Origin: the human T2T-CHM13v2.0 reference genome, Homo sapiens
Direction: 5' to 3' (one strand)
Length of the DNA: 64,000 bases
Assembly: GCF_009914755.1 (NCBI RefSeq)
Contig: NC_060940.1
The notes below the pieces were generated by a model, which saw only the letters and a program-made list of their open reading frames with translations, had not been told where the DNA came from and did not search any database. The position numbers and the translations under genes were made by a program. The first letter of the stretch is position 1; every line of letters begins with the position of its first letter. This document shows positions 49,420-64,000 of the stretch, piece by piece.

Positions 49420-49877
49420 CTTCCATAAACAAACCACCAGCGAGAAAATGGTCATGATTGGATCATGGGTTCAACTGTCCTGCCCATCAGCTGCCAAGGG
49501 ACCCCATTCATACAGCATTCGTCTGCACCCTTCACTTGCCATAACCATGCATTCTGGGCCTGTCGCTTCACACTCATGGCAAGAAGATCACTGGCAAATT
49601 TTCCCCAGGACTTCAGAGGATTCAACCAAAGCCAGAGAGATGTCAGTGGGGTATAAGGAAGGATTTGTCAAATACCACCCAGATAGGAACAGTGGAGTGA
49701 GTACAGAGTCCAGGGATGGAGGTGGCATATCTGGTGACCTTTAAGAAGAGGAATAACAGGCCAGGTGTGGTGGCTTACACCTGTAATCTCAGCATTTTGG
49801 GAGGCAAAGGTGGGAGAATTGCAAGGTCAGGGGTTCGAGACCAGCCTGGCCAATATGGTGAAACCCCATCTCTACTA

Positions 49878-50129
<252 letters not shown>

Positions 50130-50246
50130 CTAAGGTAGCTCAGACAAACAGGGTTGGATTTCTGTCTAAAAAAAAAAAAAAAAAAGTAAAGGAATGACAA
50201 GCTCCTAAAATGGCCTCGAATCACATACCCTCCTGAACAGCAATGA

Positions 50247-51044
<798 letters not shown>

Positions 51045-51555
51045 TCAGGAGGCTGAGACAGCAGAATTGCTTGAACCCAGGAGGTGGAGATTGCAGTGGG
51101 GCAAGATCACGCCACAGCATTCAAACCTGGGTGACAGAGCGAGATTCTGTCTCAAAAAAAAAAAAGAAAAGAAAAAGAGGTTGCTGCTGCCAGCCTCTTT
51201 GTTACTCTCGCCTCTCTCCAACATTAGTAAAAGCAGCTGCTAACAGGGGAGTATTGCAAAGCTTTTCTGATTTTAAGAACTGCCTGGGTGCAGGGTGGGG
51301 GTAAAAAGTGCTTGTTAAAATGCAGATTCCCAGGCCCCTCCTCAGGCAGTTAGGGTGTTTAACAAGGACCCCAGGTGACCCTTATCTTCAGGCAAGTTTC
51401 AGAAATGCTGCACAGCTCTTAAGAACACAGAGACTGGCTGGGTGCGGTGGCTCACGCCATAATCCCAGCACTTTAGGAGGCTGAGGTGGGTGGATCATTC
51501 AAGGTCAGGAGTTCGAGACCAGCTTGACCTACATAGTGAAACCCCATCTCTACTA

Positions 51556-51765
<210 letters not shown>

Positions 51766-52226
51766 TCAGTCTTAGTTTTGTCTCCTACCCTGTAGCCCTT
51801 AGCACATTGCTTAAACAGTCTATACTCCACTTTCCGCAACTGGACAATAGAGATTATCATAGAACCTGGGTCTCAAGTGGGGTCAAGTAGCTATAGAGGG
51901 TTTAGCAGGGAATTTTGCCAACAGCACATAGTCACTGTGAGTTTTTATTAATCATTTTATTATACACCCTAAACCCACAAGACATTTGCTCTAAAGTTTT
52001 ATTGTTCTTTTAAGACGGGTTGGAAACTCCAACATCTATCTAGAGCCAGGCAGGTAATGTTAATAAGTGAAAGTTGTCTAGACCTAAGAAAATAATAAGG
52101 AATGGTGGGAACTATGACAAACTGAAGAGTGTATTTCTCATCTAAAGGAGGTAGCTACTGCTTAGCACCAAATATTTTAGTTTTCTCAAGAGAAGTTGGA
52201 AAATGTAGCTTGAGACTTTCCTCATG

Positions 52227-52267
<41 letters not shown>

Positions 52268-52387
52268 AGATATGGTCTTGCTCTGTTGCCCAGGCTGGAG
52301 TGCAGTGGCATGATCATAGCTGGGATGCCTGAGGTGTCAGAGAAGGGGACCAAGGGATAGGTTGTCTTGTCCTAGAAAGGGTTGTGA

Positions 52388-52642
<255 letters not shown>

Positions 52643-52722
52643 TAAAGTGCTGGGATTACAGGCATGAGTCACCATGCCCAGCCACCTCATTCTTTTTTTT
52701 TTTTTTTTTTTTTTTGAGATAG

Positions 52723-53012
<290 letters not shown>

Positions 53013-53453
53013 TAAAACACATCTACAGGCCAAATTCAGCCTATGATAGAGATCCCATATAAAATATGGGATGCTTTGGGATATACTTATACTAAAAAGT
53101 TATTCATTACCTAAAATTTGAATTTAACTATGTGTCCCATTTTTTGTCTTGCAAAATCTGGCACCCCCAGCCTATGGGCCACTATTTTTGCAACTTATAT
53201 TCTAAAAGGACTCAAGGTATCAATTTCCATCACTTACTAGGGCAGAGAACATGTACACACACTCTCTCTCCTTCTCTCTCACTCGCACAAGCACACAAAC
53301 ATGCGCCCTCTTCAGTAGCCTGTCTTGGGTCTAGACTTTGGTGTTTTTCAAACATTTCCCAGGTGATTCTGCTGTTCTCCCTGAATTTAGAATCACTGAG
53401 ATGCCGAGAGTAACCCTCAGCAAACCGAGGGAAAGGGGGCAACAGGAACGTAC

Positions 53454-53628
53454 CTCCAGGTCCGATTCAGATGGCTTCTTTTCTTTACTTTCCATTTCCA
53501 TCTCCTGCTGTAACATGACATCGAGCTGCTGTTCTGGACTCATTGGTCTGCTTCCTGGGAACGTCAAAGATGTCTTTACCTCCTTCTTCATGGGTGAGAA
53601 GATTGACGTCTTGAAGGCCAACTTGATC
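53454..53628 (-). CDS. DNAH3: DNAH3 exon 5 (175 nt): (R)IKLAFKTSIFSPMKKE...KPSESDLE
   Basis: Acceptor cttttcag|G, donor GAG|gtacgt; inside ORF 53331..53762. Confidence 0.94.
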
Positions 53629-53849
53629 CTGAAAAGTAGACACAGCTCAGCCCTTGGTGTTTGGTTCTCTGGAGAGGTGCTGTGGTGTTGCCTACTTTCC
53701 CTAGCCTGATGAGTGTGGTTCTGCAAATAGAAGCCTCTCTCCTCTGTGTCATCTAATGGCATGTGTGTATACTTCCAAGATGACCCTAATGACTGAACAC
53801 CTCATAGGTATTTTAGCATGGTTTTGTTCAGTTGGTTTATTTTTGTCTA

Positions 53850-54107
<258 letters not shown>

Positions 54108-54217
54108 TTATCTGGGAATGCTTTGAAGCCAAGAAGCAGAGTGTGGCTTTAGTGAGACCACATCCTTCTGTTCAGCCCACCGTCCTGCCTTCTCTGGTGC
54201 CCACAGTGATATCTTAC

Positions 54218-54290
54218 CTAGTGGAATCCTCTTTGTTTCTGGAGGAAAACTTCGTTTTTTTCCTCATGGGCTCTGATGAGCTTCTATTTC
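54218..54290 (-). CDS. DNAH3: DNAH3 exon 4 (73 nt): (G)NRSSSEPMRKKTKFSSRNKEDST(R)
   Basis: Acceptor ttcttccag|GA, donor AG|gtaaga; phases 1-2 fit both neighbours. Confidence 0.92.
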
Positions 54291-54686
54291 CTGGAAGAAT
54301 GGAGAAGAAAGACATCAGTGATGGGCAATGGCCTTGGGCCATTCTCCGTCCACAGGGGCATGACTCTCGGAACAGTCCAGGAGCACACTAAGGGGAGCGG
54401 ACATGGTACGGTGTGACGTGGCAGGAGATGTGGGCTCAGGTCTCATGTGCATCACTGATTACCTGTGTGACCCTGAAGAACTGGCTTCATCACTCCGGAC
54501 CTCAGCTTCCTCAACTGTAAAGTGGGGATGTGCGTATCTTCCATTCGTTCATACATTTGGCAAGAATTAATAACTGCTTGTTTCATGTACTCTCCAATAT
54601 TGTATGCTCTATTTTCTAAACACCTGTTATATTACTGTTTAATATTTCTCTTTAAGTAGACCTGGGCATTTAAACTTAGTACATTT

Positions 54687-55497
<811 letters not shown>

Positions 55498-56124
55498 TTA
55501 GATATTACTTCCTAAAGTGTCTATCTTTGAACTTCTCAAAATAGTCCACATATAACAACAATACAAAAAATCCTTTTTTTTTTTTTTTTGAGACAGGGTC
55601 TCACTCTGCTGCCTGTGCTGGAGTGCAGTGGCATGATTTCAGCTCACTGCAACCTCAACCACCCAGGCTCAGGTGATCCTCCCACCTCAGTCTCCTGAGT
55701 AGCTAGGAGTACAGGCGCATGCCACCACACCTGGCTAATTTTCCTATCTTTTGTAGAGACGGGGTTTTGTCATGTTACCCAGGCTGGTCTCCAACTCCTG
55801 GGGGCAAGCAACCCTCTCAATAAACTCAACAATCAAGGTACAGATTCACAAAATGGAAATAATACAGCAATAACAATATTGCTCCAAAATAAATTTTTAA
55901 GATCCTCCAAGTACAAATGTATTTTAATGAATAATAAGCAGAAATCATCTCAAGCAAGGACATGAATAACAGACACCAGTGTCGCTCTGAAGAAAGCATC
56001 TTAGTACTTTATATTCAAAGACTCTGGCTTGCCTGAGAATTTTGGGGACAATGAAACCTGGGAGGCAATAGCACTAGTTCTTCACAGATATTAATAATTT
56101 TGGACTAAGAAAATTATTAAAGAC

Positions 56125-56496
56125 TGCTACAGACTGAAAGCTAATGTCTTGTCAAAATTAGTATGTTGAACCTTAATCCCCAGCATGATGGTATTTGGAG
56201 GTGGGACTCTTGGGAGGTGACTAGGTCATGAGGGCTCCATCTTATGAATGAGATTGTGCCTTTATAAAAAAAACAGCAAAAAGATTTCTCACCCCTTCTC
56301 CCATGTGAGCATGCAGCAAGAAGATAGAGAAGACAGATGTCTATGAATCAGGAAGAGGACCTTCATCATAGACTGAATCTGTTGGTACCTTGATCTCGGA
56401 CTTTACAGACTCCAGAACCACAAGATATGAATTTCTGTAGTTTATAAGCCACTCAGTTTATGATTCTTTGTTATAGCAGCCCAAAAGGAACTAAGA
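56125..56496 (+). mobile_element. MLT1A-like LTR
   Basis: tgctacagactgaa...ttgttatagcagcccaaaaggaactaaga. Confidence 0.75.
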
Positions 56497-57050
56497 TGAT
56501 GACCATGAAATTAGCAATTAGAGCAGCAAACTTAAGGTTCTGTGTATCATGATCTTGAATATTTGGGCATTAATTATTTGCTACATGTCCTTAAAGCAGG
56601 AACATGCAAAAGCAGCATCCTAGAGACTGTGGGTGTGTATGTAATACACAAATAACACTGGTAAGAACCACTTGGGAAAAAGAAATCCTCCAAGTGATAT
56701 TGAAAGGGCTATGACAATAAGAATGGAATCAGGAGTTGGAAAAGGGAGGTAGAAAACCATAAGTAATCAGAAAATTTGAAATGGAAAGATAGTCATTTAA
56801 ACAAAAAACACTCATTAGACATGAAAAACTCAAGACTGAACAGAGTTGAAGAGAAAATTAGTAAATTGGAAGATGTAATTAAGAAACTCACCCAGACGTA
56901 GCACAGAGAAAACAATGAAAAATATAAAAATGAGTTTGAGACAGAGAGCAGATCAAGAGTGCCAACATACATCCAACAAAAATTACTAAAGGATATCCTT
57001 ATGCCAATATACCTATGCTTGGTGGGAATTAAATTAATACATACAAGGTG

Positions 57051-57586
57051 CTGTGGTAAGCAGCTTCCAAGACAGCCCCCAATGATCCCCATCTCCTGGT
57101 AACACCCCTTTGTGGTGTAATCCTCTCCCCTTGAGTATGTGCTAGAACTAGTGACTCCTAACAAATAGAATGTGGCAAAAGTGACAAGATGTCACTTCCA
57201 AGATTAAGTTCCAAAAAAGCCTATGGGTTCTCTCTTGCTGGCTCTCTCTCTTTCTCTCCCCCTCCCTCGCTCTAAGGGAAGCCAGAAGCCATGTTGTGAG
57301 TTGTTCTAAGGGAGAGACCCGTGTGGCAAGAAACTGGTGTCTATGGCCAACAGCCAGCAAGGACCTGATGACATGAGTGAGCCTGGAAGAGGATCCTTCC
57401 CTAGTTGCCTTTAGATGATGGTGGCCTTGGTGTATGCCTTGATTGTACGCTAGTGAGGGGCCCTGAGCCAGCACTACAAATTCAGCCATGCCCACGTTCC
57501 TGCCCCACTGAAATTGTAAGATAACAAATACTGGTTCTTTTAAGCCACAGAATTTTGGAATAACTTATCATGCAAACAATAACACA
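57051..57586 (+). mobile_element. MLT1F-like LTR
   Basis: cccccaatgatccccatctcctggt...tttaagccacagaattttggaataacttatcatgca. Confidence 0.72.
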
Positions 57587-58098
57587 AGTACATAGAACAG
57601 TGCCTGGTATATGTAAATGGTCTATAAATGTTAGCCGTTTGCAATCATTTCCTCCATAGATAAGGAGGAGAGTGAGGCTTTGCAAAGTCTCCAAAGTTAG
57701 CTTCAGCAAAAGGGGAGCCAGGATCAGAACCCAGGAGTAAAAATTTCACTCCAGGCCAGGCACAGTGGCTCATGCCTGTAATCCCAGCACTTTCGGAGGT
57801 TGAGGCAGGTGGATCACCTGAGGTCAGGAGTTTGAGACCAGCCTGGCCAACATAGTGAAACCCCATCTCTACTAAAAATACAAAAAAAAATAGCCAGGTG
57901 TGGCCTGTAGTCCCAGCTACTCAGGAGGCTGAGGCAGGAGAATCACTTGAATCCGGGAGGCGGAGGTTGCAATGAGCCACGATCGTGCCATGGCACTCCA
58001 GCCTGGGCGACAGAGTGAGACTCCATCTAAAATAAATAAATAAATAAAAATTTCCTCCAAAGCCCCATTCTGCAAGGGTGTGACACTGCCACAAGTAC

Positions 58099-58324
58099 CT
58101 GATGATGGCAGCCCCTGACCGGTCCTGTCCCTAGGGACACTGATGGTGGCCGGTTGGTAGACCTTCAGCAGATCTTTCAGCTTCAGGTCCTGGGCCATCA
58201 AGGAGTAGTTGTTGGCGATGGAATCACTGGGTCCACGGTGGTGATGCTGTTCTTTGAAGGGTGCAGCCAAGGTCCATGACGTGCGTTGCATCAAGGGCGG
58301 GTAAAAGCTGTGTGACATGACAGT
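58099..58324 (-). CDS. DNAH3: DNAH3 exon 3 (226 nt): [17 protein letters not shown]...GQGLPSS(G)
   Basis: Acceptor cctcgtag|ACT, donor TCAG|gtactt; overlaps ORF 57917..58318. Confidence 0.94.
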
Positions 58325-58901
58325 CTACGAGGTAAGAAGTGCAGAGTGAGACACAATGAGGAACATCTCTCGATGAGCCTGAGCTCTGCTCACACTGAGG
58401 CTCACAAGAGTTCCAAGTGCCTTATACTATGTTTCTGCCTTCTGCACATTCAGTGGAAAGATTGTCTGAACAGACACCAACTGTACTTCTCTGACCATTG
58501 TAAGCATGAATTCTGATGTCAGGGATAATAGCTTGCATTCACCAGTAATTTTGAGGCAGGTAATTGACATCTCTGGTCTTTATTCCTTATGGACATGACT
58601 ACAAGGTACGAGCAATTACCCTCATTTTACAATGAAACACGCAGAAGTTCAGAGAGTTTAAATAACACAGCAGATCAGTGGACGGCCAGATTCTAATTCA
58701 CCTTTGGACAATGGCATAGCTCTCTCTCCCACACTTCTGCAGCCTCTTCTGGGGGCAAAAGCGACCAAAGCTACTAATCCTACTTGTCAGGTCTGTTTGA
58801 CTCTCCACCCTCATTGAGTACCTGCCAAATACGGAGAGAAGTGGGGGATGCACTTCACCTCCTCACCCTCAACAGAAGAGCTGGCAGCCAGGTGTGCATA
58901 C

Positions 58902-59006
58902 CTGATAGAGTCCAGACGGTTCCTCATTAGCAGAAGCAGGCAGAGGAGGCAGCTCTGGCTGCCCCTGGGAGTGGCTCATGTGATGTATGGAGTCACTTTT
59001 GGCGAT
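58902..59006 (-). CDS. DNAH3: DNAH3 exon 2 (105 nt, phase 0-0): IAKSDSIHHMSHSQGQPELPPLPASANEEPSGLYQ
   Basis: Acceptor cccacag|ATC, donor CAG|gtatgc; absent from the ORF track. Confidence 0.93.
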
Positions 59007-59623
59007 CTGTGGGACATGGGAACAAAGTCACCCTTCAAAAATTAGGGAAGATTTGCAAGCCTCTGAGTTGGTTAGGACTAAAGAGGTCCCCAGGAAAAGT
59101 TTTAGGTCCAGAGTTCTGGACCTAAAACAAAACACTCCTCTCATTCCCATCCATTATGTATGTTTCATTTATTTAAAAATTAACAGATAAGGGCTGGGTG
59201 CGGTAGCTCACCCCGGTAATCCCACCAGTTTGAGAGGCCAGGGAGGGTGGATCACCTGAGGTCAGGAGTTCGAGACCAGCCTGACCAATATGGTGAAACC
59301 CTGTCTCTACTAAAAATACAAAAATTAGCCAGGCATGGTGGTGTGTGCCTGTAGTCTCAGCTACTTGGGAGGCTGAGACAGGAGAGTTGCTTGAACCTGG
59401 GACGCGGAGGTTGCGGTGAGCTGAGATTGCACTCTGAGATGTATTGAAGTGTATATACATTATAGAGTGACTAAATCTAATTATCATATGCGTTACCTTG
59501 CATGGTTATTATCTTTGCAGTGAGAACACATCTACTCTCATAGCGTTGTTCAAGAATACAATATATTGTTAATTAGTCATCATGCTGTACAACAGATCTC
59601 TTGAACTTATTCCATCTAACTGA

Positions 59624-60108
<485 letters not shown>

Positions 60109-60163
60109 TAAAGGAGGTGACTTTAAAAACATTGACTCTTGCATTTTTTTTTTTTTGAGATAG

Positions 60164-60298
<135 letters not shown>

Positions 60299-61827
60299 TA
60301 ATTTTCATATTTTTAGTAGAGACGGGGTTTCACCACATTGGTCAGGCTGGTCTTGAACTCCTGACCTCAGGTGATCCACCTGCTTCGACCTTCCAAAGTG
60401 CTGGGATTACAGGCATAAGCCACTCCACCAGGTGGACTCTTGCATTTTCACATGTGCAAAATTCCAAAGAGAAATTCATTCAGGCAGTGGCACTGAATTT
60501 TCTGTGTATTTAACACACACATAAGCAACTCTTTATGATTCCTGCGAAAAGAAAAAGTGTTATTTCAACAATGTGGGTGTTGAGTACTCCATTCCAACCA
60601 GTGAGTGCATACTGTGGAGTGAGCCTCAGGTAAGGGTCAACTTGTGGCTCCCACAATCACTCTCAGATCCCAAGTGACCCTCCACCTCTCCTGAGCAGAG
60701 AAGAAAGTGACTACATTATTGAATGAAATCACATGTGTTTTTGTCTTAAGACTTAGCCCCTATATGCAAAACAACCACTTCACCTGGGACTAGTGATGGA
60801 GAAACTGCAATTTGTTCCAACACTAGAAGAAAAGCTGTTGGCCTGGACTTATTGAGAGGTGCTGCCGTTCAGCACTTTAAAGGTGGTTTGAGGGATTTTC
60901 AAGGGCAATTTTGACTCTCTGTGATTTTCACCTTAGGCATTGACTTTGGACTTAACTCCTATATAAGATGAGCCAACATCGTATCAGTGTGATTTATTTG
61001 GGTGTGCAAATTATGACATGCAAGATCATTGATGAGGGTGGGATGGGGCAGGGGGCATATGACTATTAGCTGTCCCTCTGCCCCCAACCCCTTAAAGATG
61101 ACTCAAATTAACCATCATTATCTCTCCCGGAGCACCTACCTCATTAAATAACAACAGAAAAACAACAACCGCAGCAATACTATCTACCATTATTCCAAAC
61201 GATTATGTGCCAGGTACTGTACAACCTCATGAGATTTTTTTCATACCCGCATTCTAGCTGAAGAAAATGAGGGTGAGAAGATAGGTAACACATCCTAGCC
61301 ATGTAATTGGCCGGCTTGACTTCTAAGTCAGTGACTTATTTATTATTATTATTATTATTTATTTTTTTTTTTTGAGTCCAAGTTTTCGCTCGGTCGCCCA
61401 GGCTGGAGTGCAGTGACACAATCTTGGCTCACTACAACTGCAACCTCCACCCCCTAGGTTCGAGGGATTCTCCTGCCTCAGCTTCCTTACTGCATCATGC
61501 AAACTGACAGGGACGCTGTTCTCGGGATAATGAAGAAAGCAAACCGTGAGCATTTTGCAGAACACAATGGAAAGAGGGAGAACCTCTGTAGAAACAAATT
61601 AAACTAGGCTATGTCATAGGCTTGGACTAAAACAAATACACAAACAGTCATAAGTACGCTGATAGCAGAAAGCATCCCAGTCTGTCGATCAGGAACACAT
61701 GGGGCACACACAACATGAGCAGATCTAGGCATCAATTGCAGAATGGGGCTAAAAGAGTTTTCCTGGCAATAAATGGCTAAGAATCCTCTGTGGCACCTTC
61801 AAGAGATCGAGATTCTCATAAGAACTA

Positions 61828-62034
<207 letters not shown>

Positions 62035-62984
62035 CTACTCAGGAGACTGAGGCAGGAGAATCGCTTGAACCCAGAAAGCAGACGCTTCAGTGAGTGAAGA
62101 TCACGCCACTGCACTCCAGCCTGGATAACAGAGACAAACTGTCTCAAAAAAAAAAAAAAGAAAGAAAGAAAAAGAAAGAAAGAAATTAATGCTTAAATCT
62201 TCTCTTTGGTAAATTTCAAGGAGCTTTCACTTCAGAGCATATTGGCTTAGTTATTATCTACAAATCCACTTTAGTTTTACAAAGTTTCTATTTAAAATGC
62301 TCCTCTGGGCACTTCGCTGTATGGCAACCTGGTGATTCAACACAGATACAACAGAAATTCTGGAACTTAGATTGGGTAGAACTGTCACTTTGGGCAGCTT
62401 ATTGCTGATTACACATGTTGTATGTATGTTCTTCATGGAGGCCATTCCCAAATGCTCGTCTGAGGACGTGCTACACCAGAATCACTCTGGTCTTAGATAA
62501 AAATATAGATTCCAGGGCCCCACTCCAAATCTTCTGGATCGGAATCTAGGAGTGGGGGACCAAGACTCTATGTTTTTAAGATGCTCCCCAGAATATTCTA
62601 ATGTTCAGCCACAGTCAAAAACTGATGGTTGGAATATATGGTCTAATGGGCTTGGAAGGGAAGGAAAGGGAAGAACGGGTGTCTATTCCCGGATTTTTCA
62701 CAGCAAAACTTGAAGATTTCCAAAAGTCTAATTCAGCAAAAATGATATTTCAAAGCAGACAACAAAAAAATGTGATGAATACACTTGTTCAGTCAAGGGC
62801 ATCTAACATGCCAATTGGCCCTCTTCCCACATATTCCCAACACATTAAAAATACAGGTAAATCGGCCAGACACGGTGGCTCACACCTGTAATCCCAGCAC
62901 TTTGGGAGGCTGAGGCAGGCGGATCTCCTGAGATCGGGAGTTCAAGACCAGCCTGACCAACATGGATAAACCCTGTCTCCACTA

Positions 62985-63287
<303 letters not shown>

Positions 63288-63670
63288 TCAGCTTCTCCAG
63301 GGATGTGCCTCTCCTATCCAGTTGGTCTGAAATTCACACTTCCTTATAGCATAATGGGGATGACACCAACAATGGAACTTTCCAGATGTTCTGAAAGCTC
63401 TGTTCATGAGGTTGCCTCTCTGAGGTCATAGACTTTGGCCCGCTGAGGAGTTCCCTGGTAAAAAAGGAGAGAAAGGGAAGCTAGAGATAAGGGGACAGCA
63501 CTGGGTTTCTGCTGCGCTTTTGGCTCTGGTTCCTAGTCCCCCAGCGGTGGCCACGCTTCCTTTCCCTTGAGTGCTTCTCTCTTGGAAATTTTCCAGAAAC
63601 ACACTGAGTTCACTGCAGAGGAAAGACTGAAGCAGAGTTACACATTAATACAGAGAAGAGGGAGACTCAC

Positions 63671-63772
63671 CCCTCCAAACAACATCCTGGCAGCCCGAAC
63701 TGTTCTCCCTCCTCCTCCCTGGACTCTTAACACTGGCAGTGCTTGTATGCAGGCGCTGGGCACAGTAACCAT
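63671..63772 (-). CDS. DNAH3: Candidate alternative first exon: MVTVPSACIQALPVLRVQGGGGRTVRAARMLFGG, or only MLFGG from the second ATG
   Basis: 34 open codons ending at a strong donor GGG|gtgagt, phase 0, in frame with exon 2; RFX-like motifs adjacent. Confidence 0.5.
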
Positions 63773-63798
63773 GTCTCAGCGTCTGTTGCTAAGGGAAG
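63765..63798. promoter_or_regulatory. RFX X-box-like motifs (ciliary gene promoter signature)
   Basis: GTTGCTAAGGGAAG at 63785-63798 (minus strand CCCTTAGCAAC) and half-site GTAACCATG at 63765-63773. Confidence 0.55.
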
Positions 63799-64000
63799 GA
63801 GGGGCCTCTGCGGTGCCTACATACAAGACTGGGCATGACCTAGCTCTGTGAGCTGGTGTCTCCCTTTGCTGGAGGCCCAGGTGGGCAGCAGGAAGTGTTG
63901 GTGACAGAAGGGAACATGGGAAGGTGTTTAGCAATGTTCCAGGAATAACAGAGGCAACAGCAATAAAAGACCTTTGGAGACGTCGAAAAGCACAGAGTAT

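Noticed and set aside
53338-53709. Plus-strand ORFs over DNAH3 exons (also 47119, 30125 and 54092)
   Set aside because: Antisense shadows of real exons with no independent support.

Overview
Primate DNA, very likely human, dense in Alu, L1, LTR and MER repeats. It carries the 5' portion of DNAH3 (dynein axonemal heavy chain 3) on the minus strand. I traced 17 internal coding exons by hand (59006 down to 10263). All have GT-AG boundaries and compatible phases; skipping the optional 33649-33763 exon they give 2497 nt (832 codons +1) of the N-terminal tail. Exon numbers follow my recollection of the older reference model, whose exon 1 lies beyond the right edge. Main observations: (1) a frame-locked, coupled splicing switch between an atypical cassette exon (33649-33763) and two acceptors 22 nt apart on the next exon; (2) a candidate alternative first exon with RFX X-box motifs near 63.7 kb; (3) two in-frame acceptors 42 nt apart on exon 16; (4) a chimeric MLT2A/THE1A LTR element with an internal inversion; (5) locally templated insertion and duplication scars inside Alus. 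I found no support for a new protein-coding system; almost all other ORF-track entries are repeat-derived noise. Repeat family names come from remembered consensus sequences, not a search, and repeat edges are approximate unless a TSD is quoted.
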